In this document: piece by piece, positions 20,736 to 33,789 of the stretch
Position numbering within the stretch: position 1 is the stretch's first letter
How the letters are laid out: each line of letters opens with the position of its first letter
Notes under the pieces: generated by a model
What the model was told of the DNA's origin: nothing
Databases searched by the model: none
What the model saw: only the letters and a program-made list of their open reading frames with translations
Translations under genes and position numbers: made by a program
Source: Macrostomum lignano
Taxonomy: Eukaryota
Direction: 5' to 3'
Assembly (NCBI GenBank): GCA_002269645.1
Contig: NIVC01003191.1
Coordinates: 1 to 64,000 of the forward strand
DNA length: 64,000 bases

Positions 20736-23700
20736 CTGCGCAAGTTGGATATTAAATAGGGGGGTTCTTGGCATGCATTTTCACGGGTTAGTGCATTACA
20801 CACTGACTCGATCAGCGTGTGACCAACACCCAGGAAAAGTTAATAAGCAATCAAAATGAAATCCAATGTCGGAATATAGAGATGGATTATTTTACACAAT
20901 CTGACAGAGTGGACAGCGAGGAGGGTGACCGTCTTTTGACCCAAAAACTTGAAAAATGTAAATGTAGGTCGAAATTGTCTTGCACATATGGTTCGACCTC
21001 TATGTGTGCTTGTTTGTTCAACATTTTATGGTTAGTAAATCATCAATCAGTTAAAAAATTAAATCGGCAAAAATGGGTAAGAAGCGATGAAAATAAGTTG
21101 GAGAGCATCAGTGTTAAAAAAATAATGGAAAATATTAATATTTTTTCGACTTCTTAACTGAAACCTGCGTGAGATTAGTTGCGAATTCAAAAGCTAAGGT
21201 AAAATCTATTGCATTTTTATTGCGGATAAACTGTATACAAAACAAAAATCAATTTGTTCCACTGCTCAAAAGCTCGCTTCAAATAAACGAAAAAGGCAGT
21301 CGAAACATATCGTTAGCTTTCTCCCTGCATTCATCAACATCAAACTCTTCATGCCGCCCTGATAACGCCGCCAAATAATTAGGAAGCCTTCATTTCGATC
21401 GGTGAAAATATGAAAAAAATGAGTGCATCTTTCAGGCCGCTGCAAGTTGGCTGAGAAGCATGCTCAAAGCAACTGAGGTATGGAAGCTTGCTATTCCTCA
21501 TTAAGCAGTGCTCCACAGTCTCAGATTCGTTCTGCATTCATTCCGTGAGATTTTCAGTCAATTAAAATGCCTCACGGACCAAGGAAGCTTAAAAAAGTAA
21601 CTTACTGGACTGCGCATCACTCGGTTGAGGTGTGGATTGAGTCATTTGAGTCAGTTGTATAAAATTTTGGGGATCTGAAAAATTGAAAATTTTTGTCCAA
21701 CTCCGTTTTAGTCAGAGCGATTGCGGATAGGTCGCTTACTCAAATCCTAAAAACATCGGTGCGTTTAGCTGAAGAATTATAGCGATAGTCTACGTACAAG
21801 CCAGTGAACATCAGGCATGCAAAACTCTAATTACTTTAGGTGGACAAGGATGCACTTTTAAACCTTTCAGCAGCTATAGCACAGGTGGAGAAACTCATAT
21901 AATTTTAATCAGTTGCATCATTGATTTTTAAGCTACAATATAGCATTATACGCCGTAAGCTATAGAAGTTGTAGTAAAAAATTCGATTACTTTCTGGCAT
22001 ACATTATCCAAACAATAATATTTAAAATAATTTAGCCATGCATTAATGCAGTAAACACAATGCTTTATTTTAGCAAAACTTTGCTGATGCTACTAAAGAG
22101 CCCGTACAACAATCCAATTCTCCAGCGGCCCCAATCGATATCAGGTACATCAAGTACGTCGGGAAGTTCGGTGGACGTCGTGTGTGTTGCACAGGGATAA
22201 AATTTAAAAGCGTAGACAATCATAAAACTCAGTAGTAAGTCTGTATTTTGCAGACTACTGATAACTTTAAAAGTAGTAAATGTATAAAGTTTCACGAAAA
22301 CTTTATGGCAACAAATGATACGGAACCGGTATTGTCAGCACGGCAACTTATAACAATTGTTTTTTTTCTAAACTGTCTTACATAATGTGCCTTATTACCT
22401 TCGTGATATGATACGAAGTTCAGGCTAAACGGGTAAAATCCTGGCATAAGTTGTGCGGTAAGGTTAACTAGAATATGACAATTAATCATTGCGAGTTAAA
22501 TAGCAAAGGTAACGTTGCGAGTTTGAAGAAAAATTATAATATGTTAAAATAATAAAGAATTCTGGGTACTTCAATTTGTTTAAAGTGTTATTCTTTTGTA
22601 GTAAGTGCTATTATTATTATTATTAGTTATTACACCGGCCCCAATGGTTAGTAGCTCGTGAACTCAGAGCAGTCAAACAAATCAGCGCTTGTTAAGCACG
22701 CCAATTTTATATCCTTAGCTAATTTTCTAGTTCTAGCTAACAAGCCAGTCACAACAATGAAATTACGAGTTCATTGCCATTGTTAATATTGATTCAAACC
22801 TTCTGAGAGTATCACTAATCATCAAGTTATGCATTATCATAGGAAGAATTCTTAACAACACAAATAATGAAACACAAGTGAATCAGTTATTCTGCGGCAT
22901 CAGTAGATTAAAATTTTAACAAAAAATGAAAATTATTTAGGTGAGTAATTTGGAAAATCGAGGGCAAAAATCATGACTAAACTGCCATTCGTTGCCACAC
23001 CTCGGCCGACTCAAATGAAATTCGAAGTGGAGCAACTTACTAAATGGTGTCATCATTGATTGCAGAGTGGTGGCACCTGCAAATTCACGTTTAAAAATTC
23101 ACAAATTCTATCAGTTCAGATTCACCTTGAATGAGCACGGCAGTATATTCTAGAAATGAACTACACAACATCTTGTAGTGCAAGGGATTCTTGTAGTGCA
23201 CGTTTGTACCTATCTATTGTGCATTCAATTTAATGTCAAGTGAGTACATTTTACAGTTCGTTAAAATCGGAAGAAAAAAACAAATTGCAACCACTCAAAA
23301 AACCAGCCACGAAAATTTATATTCAAAGTCGTAAAATTGGGTAACAAGATGAGTCCATTTCTACCGGAATTCCTACTATTAACGTAAGGTGACGTGGTTT
23401 GCTTGGGAGAAATAAAGAAATTAATTATTTCCCCGAATCCAGGGATGTTATTTACCCTGTTCCAGTCTATTAGATGCAATAGAGACAAGCCTATAGCTGA
23501 GCTAGACCAGAAAAATTGGTCTCGAACAGCGCGTCCCACAACTTGCTCTCCCTCCTTGGCTTGCATCCCCGGAAACACCCTCCACCCTCCGCTTTGAGTC
23601 CCGCCGCTTTTGAGCAAAAAAAATAGGGGAGATGGTGGTGGGAAAGATGGGGTTGGAAATCGAACAAGCCGTCCTTCTGGGAGCATTGATTGCCAGAGAC

Positions 23701-24237
23701 AAGCCCCAGTTCAGTCCTGGGGTGACGTCGTGGCGAACAGATCCTTCTTAGTTTGGAAGAGTTGGCGAGTGGATCAAGCAAGAAGAGATTGCTTTATCAC
23801 TCTCAGGAGCAGGCGGGTCGCTCGTCTTCTGTCACCCAACCGGGGTTTGGGAAAACATGCAATATGCATGGATCGCTTTGGTAGGGTTGGGCTTGCTGAG
23901 ACAGGCTAAGCAAAAAGGCGATGGCCTGACAATCGGACCAGGCAATTGATGGACTAAAAAGTATCTCTCTACGTTTTAGATAGTATAAAGAAACCAAAAT
24001 TCTATACTATCATTTCGAGTATTTCCGTTGTAAAAAATTTCTAATCGCCAATTTTAACATTTGGGGACTCTTGCAGACGAATGTTTGGGATATAAAAATT
24101 ATTTATACGACTACTAAAACAATGAATTTATAACATTTTAGAAACATAGAAACTCGGTCTCAAGAGGGGGCAAAAACTCATTACTACGAGTACAAAAAGC
24201 GAATCTTCCACATTGATCCGCAGCAATAACTGCTTAC

Positions 24238-24528
24238 CAAGCCGATTGAGCTTGGAGTCCAACAACCCTGGGCCAGACTTCATGGCGTTGAATCGTCTCG
24301 CGTTGCCGCCGGCACCTCCGGCACCTTTCAGCAGGCCGCTGCCGGGTCCCGTTCCGGCGACTTTCGGCCTGACAGCTTCAACTGGTAGTACTCGACGGCG
24401 CTTCTTTGGCAGCTTGCTTCGGGCCTGGGTGTGCGAGTAGAACATGGAGAAGTTGGACACGATCACCGGCACTGGCAGAGCGATGGTGAGTACACCAGTG
24501 AGCGCGCACAGAGCTCCAACGAACATAC
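24238..24528 (-). CDS. Shaw: Shaw/Kv3 exon 5 (S6 and proximal C-terminus)
   Basis: [48 protein letters not shown]; ag|gt acceptor and G|gtaagc donor. Confidence 0.95.
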
Positions 24529-24966
24529 CTAGACGGAGATTGGAAGGTGTTTTTGAAATGTAATAAATTATTACAGTATATCTTCGAAGAGTGCTTTTGC
24601 TTTTACTACGCTTAGCTCAGAAGATGAAGGCATACAAATACTAACTACTCGTAAATTGCGTGTAGACTGCGCGGCACAGTTCTTTCCAATTTTGAGGCTC
24701 GTGCAAGAAAATTGACGTGCTGCTTGACGTATGATTCACACGCTCAAGGGAGCCAACCCCATTTCGAAGTGTTTGTGTATGCATCTCCTGAGTATGAGTA
24801 AATCCGTGTGAGTGTGTGCTCCAGCACGTACGTATCTCTGTGCGCAAGATTGTGAGGCTTACAATCACCTCAAAGTCTCAGATTTGCACACAAGTTCTTG
24901 TGCTCTTTACTACGCACCTGAACCTTCTTAGATTACGTGAAGATAACAACACGAGCTACTATTGTA

Positions 24967-27204
24967 CGAGGGATGTCCCAGAAGTAGTGTCACTTTTGCT
25001 TGCTTCCACAAGTATTAATGTATGTCGAAAAAATCATATGCCGTAAAAGTTAGCGGCTTATTTTAGCTTTCATGCCACGAAAGTCCGATTTTTATAAGTG
25101 CTTCCTGCTGTGAGCAGCATGCATTTGTTCGCATACCCTTGGCCATAGAAATACACCCCGCATAGTGCTTCTATGCTCACTCAGAAGAAAGCCACAAATA
25201 CAGCTGATCAAGCACAGAGTTGCAAGACAGCAGTTCGAGGCTGGCCGGCAGTATGTTTTGCCAACTTACCCAAAGGTGGTTGGTCTTTGATTTCTACAGC
25301 CAGCCTCGAACTGTTCGATCCACCTGTAAACCGTTCGTCGACTGATGGAATCGGGACCGTGAATGCGGGTCAGGTTTTCGTGAATTTCAGGGCATCTCTG
25401 ACCAAGACTCCAAAGTGTAAAAGTTGCGTGTCTCCACCCTTCTGTAGAGTGAATGTTAGGGTCCATGACTGGAACAAATCTTGCAGCTGCTGTCTTGCAA
25501 CGCTCTGCTTGATCAGCTGTACTTGTGGCTTTCTTCTGAGTGAGCATAGAAGAACTATGCGGTGTGTATTTCTATGGCTAAGGGTATGCGAACAAATGCA
25601 TGCTGCTTACAGCAGGAAGCACTAATAAAAATGGGACTTTCGTGGCATGAAAGCTAAAATAAGCCGCTAACCTTTAAGGCATATGATTTTTTCGACAAAT
25701 TAATAGTACATAAATTAGCGTAAAATTAGGACAAAATTGACATTAACTGCCCGCTAATTTGCATTAACAGTAGAACTACCAAGGGGGGGGGGGGAAATTT
25801 CCCCCCCTGACAATTTTTTTTGCTGCGCCGGAACGGAGCAACGCAGACACACGAAATTCAAGAACACGGGCTAACTTTTTGTTGCGCACCTTCTCAAACA
25901 AGAACCAAGTCGCCAGCCCTCCGGACCGTTGAGATATTCGACGATTCTGCCAGAAGGTCGGATTTTCCCATAAGCGCTAGTGTATTCAGTACACCCCTGT
26001 GCGCCAATCAGCACTGCGCCTCAGTGCAGCCTTGCCAAGTCTCCAAATTTCATCAGCACGTCGACCACATGTGTCTGCATCAGTTCTGACTTCGTTGGTC
26101 ACTAGCCTTTGCCCAGGTGGAGCTTTTGGACCCTCAACAGCTGTGGCACCAGGTGACTATGGACACCCTGATGCGGATTTCTCTAGTTTCGCCGATCAAG
26201 CCTCGACAGTGGGCAAGAATCAACCGTCAGACATTCTCAGCTAGTCTCTCAAGCATTCCGTCATCATCCCGACGCCGTCGGCTCCTTCAACAGATTACAC
26301 CAGGTGACTATGGACAGCCTGATAAGAATCTCTCTAGTTTCGCTGATCAAGCCTCGACAGTGGGCAAAAATCAACTGCTGGACATCCTCAGCTAGTCAGT
26401 CAAGCATTCAGCCATCACGCCGACGCTGTCGGCACCTTCAGCAGGTGGCACCAGGTGACTATGAAGATCCTGTTGAAACTATGTCAGATTTTTCTTATCA
26501 AGCTTCAATAATGGGCAAACTTCAACTGCCGGACATTCTCAGATAGTCTCTCGAGCCTTCAGTCATCACCCCGACGCCGTCGGCACCTTCAACAGGTGGC
26601 ACGAGGTGAGTAAATACACCTGAGCGTGATTTTTCATCATGCGCTTAACATTTCTGAAGCTCTCAAAATTTTTTAAGCACGGACATTGCTATAGTTAAGC
26701 TTGAACTCATGTTGCTGTATCTGTATATTATTATTGGGTTCTTATATTATAGTTCAATAAACTAAACAGCTTGTCAAATAAAGTATGTATGTAGCTCGTA
26801 TGTATAAAAGTATGTGTAATAATATGTGGAGTGCTGATGAAATTTGGAGACTTGGCAAGGCTGCACTGAGGCGCAGTGCTGATTGGCGCACAGGGGTGTA
26901 CTGAATACACTAGCGCTTATGGGAAAATCCGACCTTCTGGCAGAATCGTCGAATATCTCGACGGTCCGGAGGGCTGGCGACTTGATTCTTGTTTGAGAAG
27001 GTGCGCAACAAAAAGTTAGGTAGTTCGACGGGCGGAAAAATGGCTTGGTATTCCTACTGTTAAAGTAAGTTTGACTCCTGCAAACGGGCTTAAATGTAGT
27101 CTATGGCATTAAAAGGCAAGAATAAGTGCCCAGCGGGCATAAAGGTCATGGTACAATACTTGTGGAAGCAAGCAAAAGTGACACTACTTCTGGGACACCC
27201 CTCG
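24967..27204. mobile_element. Non-autonomous mariner-derived element with ~50-bp TIRs, TA flanks and nested internal inverted repeats
   Basis: TA|cgagggatgtcccagaagtagtgtcacttttgcttgcttccacaagtatt at 24965-25016 and its near-perfect reverse complement at 27155-27206. Minus-strand remnant WSLGQRCPEIHENLTRIHGPDSISRRTVYRWIEQFEAG (~25290-25450) resembles the mariner N-terminal HTH. Confidence 0.85.
25790..27019. mobile_element. Foldback/MITE-like insert: ~190-bp inverted arms around three ~150-bp tandem units
   Basis: 25875-26060 is the near-perfect reverse complement of 26830-27019. Units starting ccaggtgactat at ~26149, ~26300 and ~26450. Confidence 0.75.
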
Positions 27205-27233
27205 TAAATTTCAGCCAGGCACACTCAACTTAC

Positions 27234-27472
27234 CCGCGTAAGTCTTTGGCGCCATATCTCCGTAGCCAACCGTTGTCATGGTGACGATGGCCCACCACAG
27301 ACCGATAGGAATTGAATCGAATGAATTTTCCGGATTGTAATGTATTCTCTCCGCGTAGTAGATTAGCGCGGCGAATACCACTATGAAGACTATTAGGAAG
27401 AAGACTAGCAACAACAGCTCCTTGGCCGAAGCCTTGAACGTGTGGATGAGTATCTTAAGGCCGGCGATGTGT
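27234..27472 (-). CDS. Shaw: Shaw/Kv3 exon 4 (S4-S5 linker, S5, pore)
   Basis: [19 protein letters not shown]...[26 protein letters not shown]; TTVGYGD selectivity filter. Confidence 0.97.
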
Positions 27473-27664
27473 CTGCAAAAAATGACGGGTTAGTTGAGCT
27501 GCAGTAAAATTATTCTACGTACTGTAAATATGCTAAAATTTGTATATTGGGGTCTCAGTGGTGCAGGGCATAATATTTATTTCTTGACCCTGCGTTCAGC
27601 TTGTCAAAACTATGTAGAATGGACAATGTCGCCAGGATCCTCGCAAGCAATCTCAATGACTTAC

Positions 27665-28077
27665 CTGGTGAGCTTGAATAACCTCATAATTCGAATAATA
27701 GAAAAGAATTCCAGCACTTCGTAGCTGGCTTCAGCCTCAGACAGGACCTGATTCAGCACCAGGTCCATGTAGAATGACAGCGTGGCAATAAAATCGATAA
27801 TGTTAACTGGCGATTTGAGAAACTCGAATTTGTCCGGCGTCACAGAGAACCGAGTGACAATCTCGAATGTGAACCAGGAGTTGCAGACGCATTCAATGTA
27901 GAAAAAGGCCGAGTGCGGCTCGGAGCGGGTCTTGTACAGAGCATAGGACATTGTGTCATTGCTATCCACAACAACTGTCACATTGGTGATTATTGGAACT
28001 CGAAGGCCCGGGAATGTCTTCAGGCAGAAGGACAGGATGCTGATGACGATGAAGAACACGGATACGACTGCGACTAT
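27665..28077 (-). CDS. Shaw: Shaw/Kv3 exon 3 (S1-S4)
   Basis: [21 protein letters not shown]...[12 protein letters not shown]...[15 protein letters not shown]; canonical junctions. Confidence 0.97.
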
Positions 28078-28154
28078 CTGTGAGAAGTATATAGTTTTGA
28101 GAGTATGTGCAGCAGACTCCTTATTGTCGGATCTTGCAATAAATTGGGTATTTT

Positions 28155-29580
28155 TAACTCACCCACCTCAATTTGTGCACTCTACCCACCTCAATTTGTG
28201 AACTCTACCCACCACAATTTGTGCACTCTACCCACGTCAACTCGTGCACTCTACCCACCTCAATTCGTGCACTCTACCCACTAAATTCGTGCACTCTACC
28301 CACCTCAATTCGTGCACTCTACCCACTTCAATTCGTGCACTCTACCCACTAAATTCGTGCACTCTACCTATTTCAATTCGTGCACTCTACCCACTTCAAG
28401 TCGAGCATTCTACCCACCTCAATTCGTGCACTCTACCCACCTCAACTCGTGCACTCTACCCACTTCAATTCGTGCACTCTACCCACTAAATTCGTGCACT
28501 CTACCCACTAAATTCGTGCACTCTACCTATTTCAATTCGTGCACTCTACCCACTTGGCACTTCAAATCGTGCACTCTACCCACTTCAAATCGTGCACTCT
28601 ACCCACCTCAATTCGTGCACTCTACCCACTTCAAATCGTGCACTCTACCCACTAAATTCGTGCACTCTACCCACCTCAATTCGTGCACTCTACCCACCTC
28701 AACTCGTGCACTCTACCCACCTCAACTCGTGCACTCTACCCACTTCAATTCGTGCACTCTACCCACTAAATTCGTGCACTCTACCCACTAAATTCGTGCA
28801 CTCTACCTATTTCAATTCGTGCACTCTACCCACTTGGCACTTCAAATCGTGCACTCTACCCACTTCAAATCGTGCACTCTACCCACCTCAATTCGTGCAC
28901 TCTACCCACTAAATTCGTGCACTCTACCCACCTCAATTCGTGCACTCTACCCACTTCAATTCGTGCACTCTACCCACTAAATTCGTGCACTCTACCTATT
29001 TCAATTCGTGCACTCTACCCACTTCAAGTCGAGCATTCTACCCACCTCAATTCGTGCACTCTACCCACCTCAACTCGTGCACTCTACCCACTTCAAGTCG
29101 AGCATTCTACCCACCTCAATTCGTGCACTCTACCCACCTCAACTCGTGCACTCTACCCACTTCAATTCGTGCACTCTACCCACTAAATTCGTGCACTCTA
29201 CCCACTAAATTCGTGCACTCTACCTATTTCAATTCGTGCACTCTACCCACTTGGCACTTCAAATCGTGCACTCTACCCACTTCAAATCGTGCACTCTACC
29301 CACCTCAATTCGTGCACTATACCCACTTCAAATCGTGCACTCTACCCACTTCAATTCATGCACTCTACTCACTTCAAATCGTGCACTCTACCCACTTCAA
29401 TTCGTGCACTCTACCCACTTCAAATCGTGCACTCTACCCACTTCAAATCGTGCACTCACATTACGTCAATTCGTGTTCTCTACCAACCTCAATTCTTGTT
29501 CTCTCCCCACCTCAAGTCTTGCACCACTTCACCAACTTTAATTAGTGCACTCTACCAACCTCAGTTCGTGCACTCTGCGC
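28155..29580. repeat. ~22-23-bp minisatellite (aattcgtgcactctacccacctc) filling Kv3 intron 2
   Basis: Directly visible, with degenerate edges. Confidence 0.95.
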
Positions 29581-29584
29581 TCAC

Positions 29585-29812
29585 CTTCGCTGCTACCGAC
29601 GAATAGGGCTCGTCAAACAGTGCCCACAACTTTGGCTTCACCTTCTGCCAAAGATTCAGTTCATTATTTTCGTATTTGTCCTCCAGGCCGAATTTCTTGT
29701 ATAGATCCTCCGGTGCTAATTTGTCCGTGTCCAGATCCAGCCGGTCAAGGATTGTAAGAGTCTCTTGAGTCTCGCGATGCGTTGTGTAAGTCATCCAGCA
29801 GCACGGCTCTAC
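29585..29812 (-). CDS. Shaw: Shaw/Kv3 exon 2 (end of T1 to pre-S1)
   Basis: VEPCCWMTYTTHRETQETL...LWALFDEPYSSVAAK; cacag| acceptor and |gtgagc donor. Confidence 0.97.
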
Positions 29813-30817
29813 CTGTGATCGGAGAATGACAGGGTGCCTCAAATTAAAACACGGTCTCCGTTGTCTCAAGGGAAGTCGTGGGATTTCAAAATTCATTTTT
29901 CCTTTAATGCCCCAAAGGTTCCAGGTAAGGCCAAATGCAGACCAGATGATTAACACTTCCAGGTGACTCAAGACGCTTAATAGTTCCAGGTGAGGCCAGA
30001 TGCTTAGTGGTTTCAGGTACTACAGATGCTTAATAGTTTTAACTGAGGTCAGACGCTTTACCGTTCAATATGAGATCAGACTTTGTCACATCTTAAAGAA
30101 CAAACTAGCTTAAGTACCATCTTATATCATTGCATATAAAGCATATAGTAATACAGGTGACTGACTGTGAGCACACGCTGCTCTAACCCAGCTAGGCATC
30201 GACTAAAAGCAAGTACAAAAACAGATCCGCATCAGGAAGAATATCTGCTGCATACGATCAAACAGTCACTCGACACTTTTTTTGCTGGAGGCAGGCGTCA
30301 CCACTGGAATATGAGACAACATTGCCTAACTGACTCTCATGAGCTCGATGTGGAAATTTTTTTTCAGTCAGGGAGTCACCGAGATCCAAACGCCCTGGAG
30401 CGAGGGAGAGAGAGGCTAACAGGGGCAAAGATGAGGTCCCACTGGCTGGCTCTCTCTCTGTAGAACGTTGGGTTCCATGACGCAGCAATGAGGAGAGAGA
30501 TGGATGAACGAACAAGCGAGGGTCGTATTATTAGTTCGAAAATTTTTGCCACATACTCTTTTAGCCCTGCACCAAACCCATCTCTCTCCTATCTTGGTCG
30601 ATCTCGGGCCTACAGCTGGTTCTAATTTAGCGACTCGTCAGTACTCAACAGGGGCGACTGCACTATGCAACGCTAATCCCCATAGGAGCGCAATGGTGGG
30701 TGACATATTCAGAAGGTCTACGTCGTCAAGTCAGTAAATGTGTGTGCAGTGTATTCTAGCGACTTGACAAGACTGTCTCGCGGCTTCATTTTGGCATTCA
30801 TTCTCGTCTTGAGAGTC

Positions 30818-30948
<131 letters not shown>

Positions 30949-33789
30949 CGTTTTCCTATGCGGCAACCTCAGTAGCCAACAGACGACCAGACAAGACGGG
31001 GAGACACGCACGCAGACGGAGCGACTCAAATTCCCAAGGTTCTGTGAGGCTGGGGACGGTAGCAGAAGAAGAAGACAACTGAGAGTATTTTGCCAACTGA
31101 GCTGGACAGAAGGTCATCTCCTTAAGCGTCACGAAGAGTTGACGACAAGACGTTTGGAAAGCTCAAGTAAAAAGAATCACATCCAGATTTGAAGGGTCAG
31201 AGAGTGGCGAGACGCTCACGCAGAGCTGGGGGGGGGAGCTTCTCAAAGTGCAGTTAAAAGCAAAGGCGGATTTTCAAGTTTATTTGCTCAATCGAACTGG
31301 TCTGCTAACCTGCTTTACTTCGGCCTTTCTTGATCCGGGGTTCTGACGAGCTAAAAGCCCGGCTGACTGACGCTCAGTGCTGGACAGCAAAGTCTCGCGT
31401 CCAGTCGAATTGGATCTTGCATTTTTATCTCAGTGTACCGGTTCAGTTTTCACTGTGAGAAAAGACTAATGTTTACGCCTATGTAGGTTTTTCTGCGTAA
31501 TCCGTAGTTGCTGGTTACAGCAGCTGCGCAAATTCCCCCTGCTGAAATAGCAGCACTTGTGTTTATTTTCTGCAACACCAACCAGTTTTCCAGACCCGCA
31601 GCTACTGTTCTTTTCACCTGCTCTCTGTCTCCCTCTCACTAATCTCTATCTCTTTCTCACCCAAATCTCTCTCCCTACCTTCTATCTCCCACTCCCTTAA
31701 ATCCATCTCCCTTCTCTAATTCTTTCCCACCCTCTACCCACTGCAGTTCCATACCCATTCTGCAGTCTTAATTCTTATTCGAAATGCAGAGACATCAGTT
31801 TTATTGCCAGAAAGTTTATCCTAAAATTCGATTCGAACACTATTCCAATAAAAATTATCCGACTGCGTTAATCAACTTTGCGCAACCTACTTTCTAGCTT
31901 TTTTGTTCGGACCTGAACTAATTCATAGTTATTGTGATTTGCATAATGCAAAACTTTTTTAGTATGCCTTCGCAATAAGTCAGTGTATCAAAGTTTACCC
32001 TCCAGCTGTCTTGTATACAGTAAATGGTAGAGTTACCCAGAGGGGTCCGGAGAATGGGGGTGATGCCACCCCCTTTTGAAGCATGCCTAGAGCTTTACAG
32101 CACTTTGTCAGCCACCATCAGATCATAGTCAGGCTTGAGACTTTTTTACTGTTTGTGGTAGCTCAGGACTTGGAGCTAGTCGAGCTTCAGTTTGTCTGCT
32201 GTGAAGCTACTGACGCGTGTTGAGAAACGTTTTTTAATGTAAAAATTATCTAGTTTAATTTGACTGAGCCTTGCTTTGGACTTGCTTTTGCATCCAGTGC
32301 GTTTTACAACGATAATTCAGTTTGACATAATCGTACTCTGAGCCAGTTTGAGTCAGTTATTTGACTAATACCGAACTGGAGTCGGTTTTCTAATCTCTGT
32401 TTAAAGGATTTTTGCTTGATTTGAGCGCGGTATCATTTAAAAAATAGCCTGATAGTGGCCGAGGGTCTGAGGTCCATTGAACTCTTTCGCAAATCCTGGA
32501 ATTTTTTGTATCATAAAAATTTCTCGCTCAAAACTCGCGAGCGTATAAACTTTGAAGCGAATTGTAACGAAGATTCACCCCGTGAGAGCGTATTTGAGTG
32601 CGTCCTTGCGTACAGTACGAGTATTGGCGCGCTTGTATCAGCAGTCAGTGGAGTGGGGAGAATTGCTTCAGAGCTGGTTTTGGAACAATGTCGACGATAG
32701 GGTTGCACCAGGGTGCCCGCACCCTCTTCTGCAATAAACTCATTTCGTCCACAAGATCAAGACAGAATTTTAAAACCGAAGCTTCAGAAATTGTACTTAC
32801 AAAATTCGAATTTTCCAATCGTGTAATTTTTACTCCCAAACGTCCGTAGAGGCATAATTTAGAAACCTGAGTGTTAAGATTCTGAATAATTGCACTTTTG
32901 AAGCTTCAAACTGAAGGCATCTATCGATCTATCCAAATAGTGTTCGCTAACATTGATTCTTGCTAAGAATTTGGCAAATTATCTAGCTAACCTATAAAAA
33001 ACTTCGACACTAGAAACTTTGCTAGGTCAACAAAGTCTCTCTAAGCAGAAATTCCATGTAGTCTTACACATTGCAGATTTCAAATGTCACGAATGAGATT
33101 CATGCCGATAAGATAGTCCAATTCTCCCTAACATTGTAGGGAACCCCAGTCCATCAAATTCTGTGTATGGAATAAGAGTTCAAATATTAACTCCCTTTTT
33201 ATTAGGCTACGTAGCAGCATATTTATACCTGTTGCACCGGGTGGAAGGCTTAGGCTAGGACGCGGCTGGAAGCGCAAAAAGTGCAAAAAAACTTTTTTGC
33301 GACATCCGTTATACACAAGCGGGTGTTTGTCTGCCTCCTTAGGGCAGCGGGGCTCCCGGTTGAACCTGTCCTGTCCTAAAACTCGACTGATAGACTCTGC
33401 CAGAAAAACAGGAGGAACTGGCTTGGCCCGAACGAAGCAAAGGGATCGAGGGCACAGGCACTATTTTGATAGATGAAGGGCAGAATGGAGAGAGGGAAAC
33501 TGGAAGCAGGGAGACTGTGGGAGACAGAGAATGAAGCACTTCAACAAAAAATAATTGGACTGAATGTTAAATTCTAAATGGAATAGCAAAACAACTAGGT
33601 AAATTTATTCGTAGATAATAAAAAAGAAAATGATCAGAAATTTCCAAAGATGAGCTATTGGTGAATTCTGTTTGGCAATGAAATCTTGCTTGTCATTTGC
33701 GATTCTCGAAAAAAAGTTTACGCGATTCTGCGCAATCTAATTAGATATTTTCTCCACTTCCAGTGAAGAAATTACTGTCATTTCATAAA

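Noticed and set aside
23490-23910. GC-richer block as a possible Kv3 C-terminal exon
   Set aside because: The in-phase frame after the best acceptor stops after ~24 codons. It could be an alternative short end, but there is no supporting evidence.
28244-29606. Many MHSTH-type ORFs, and MEIH ORFs at 38099-40516
   Set aside because: Satellite translations inside Kv3 introns.
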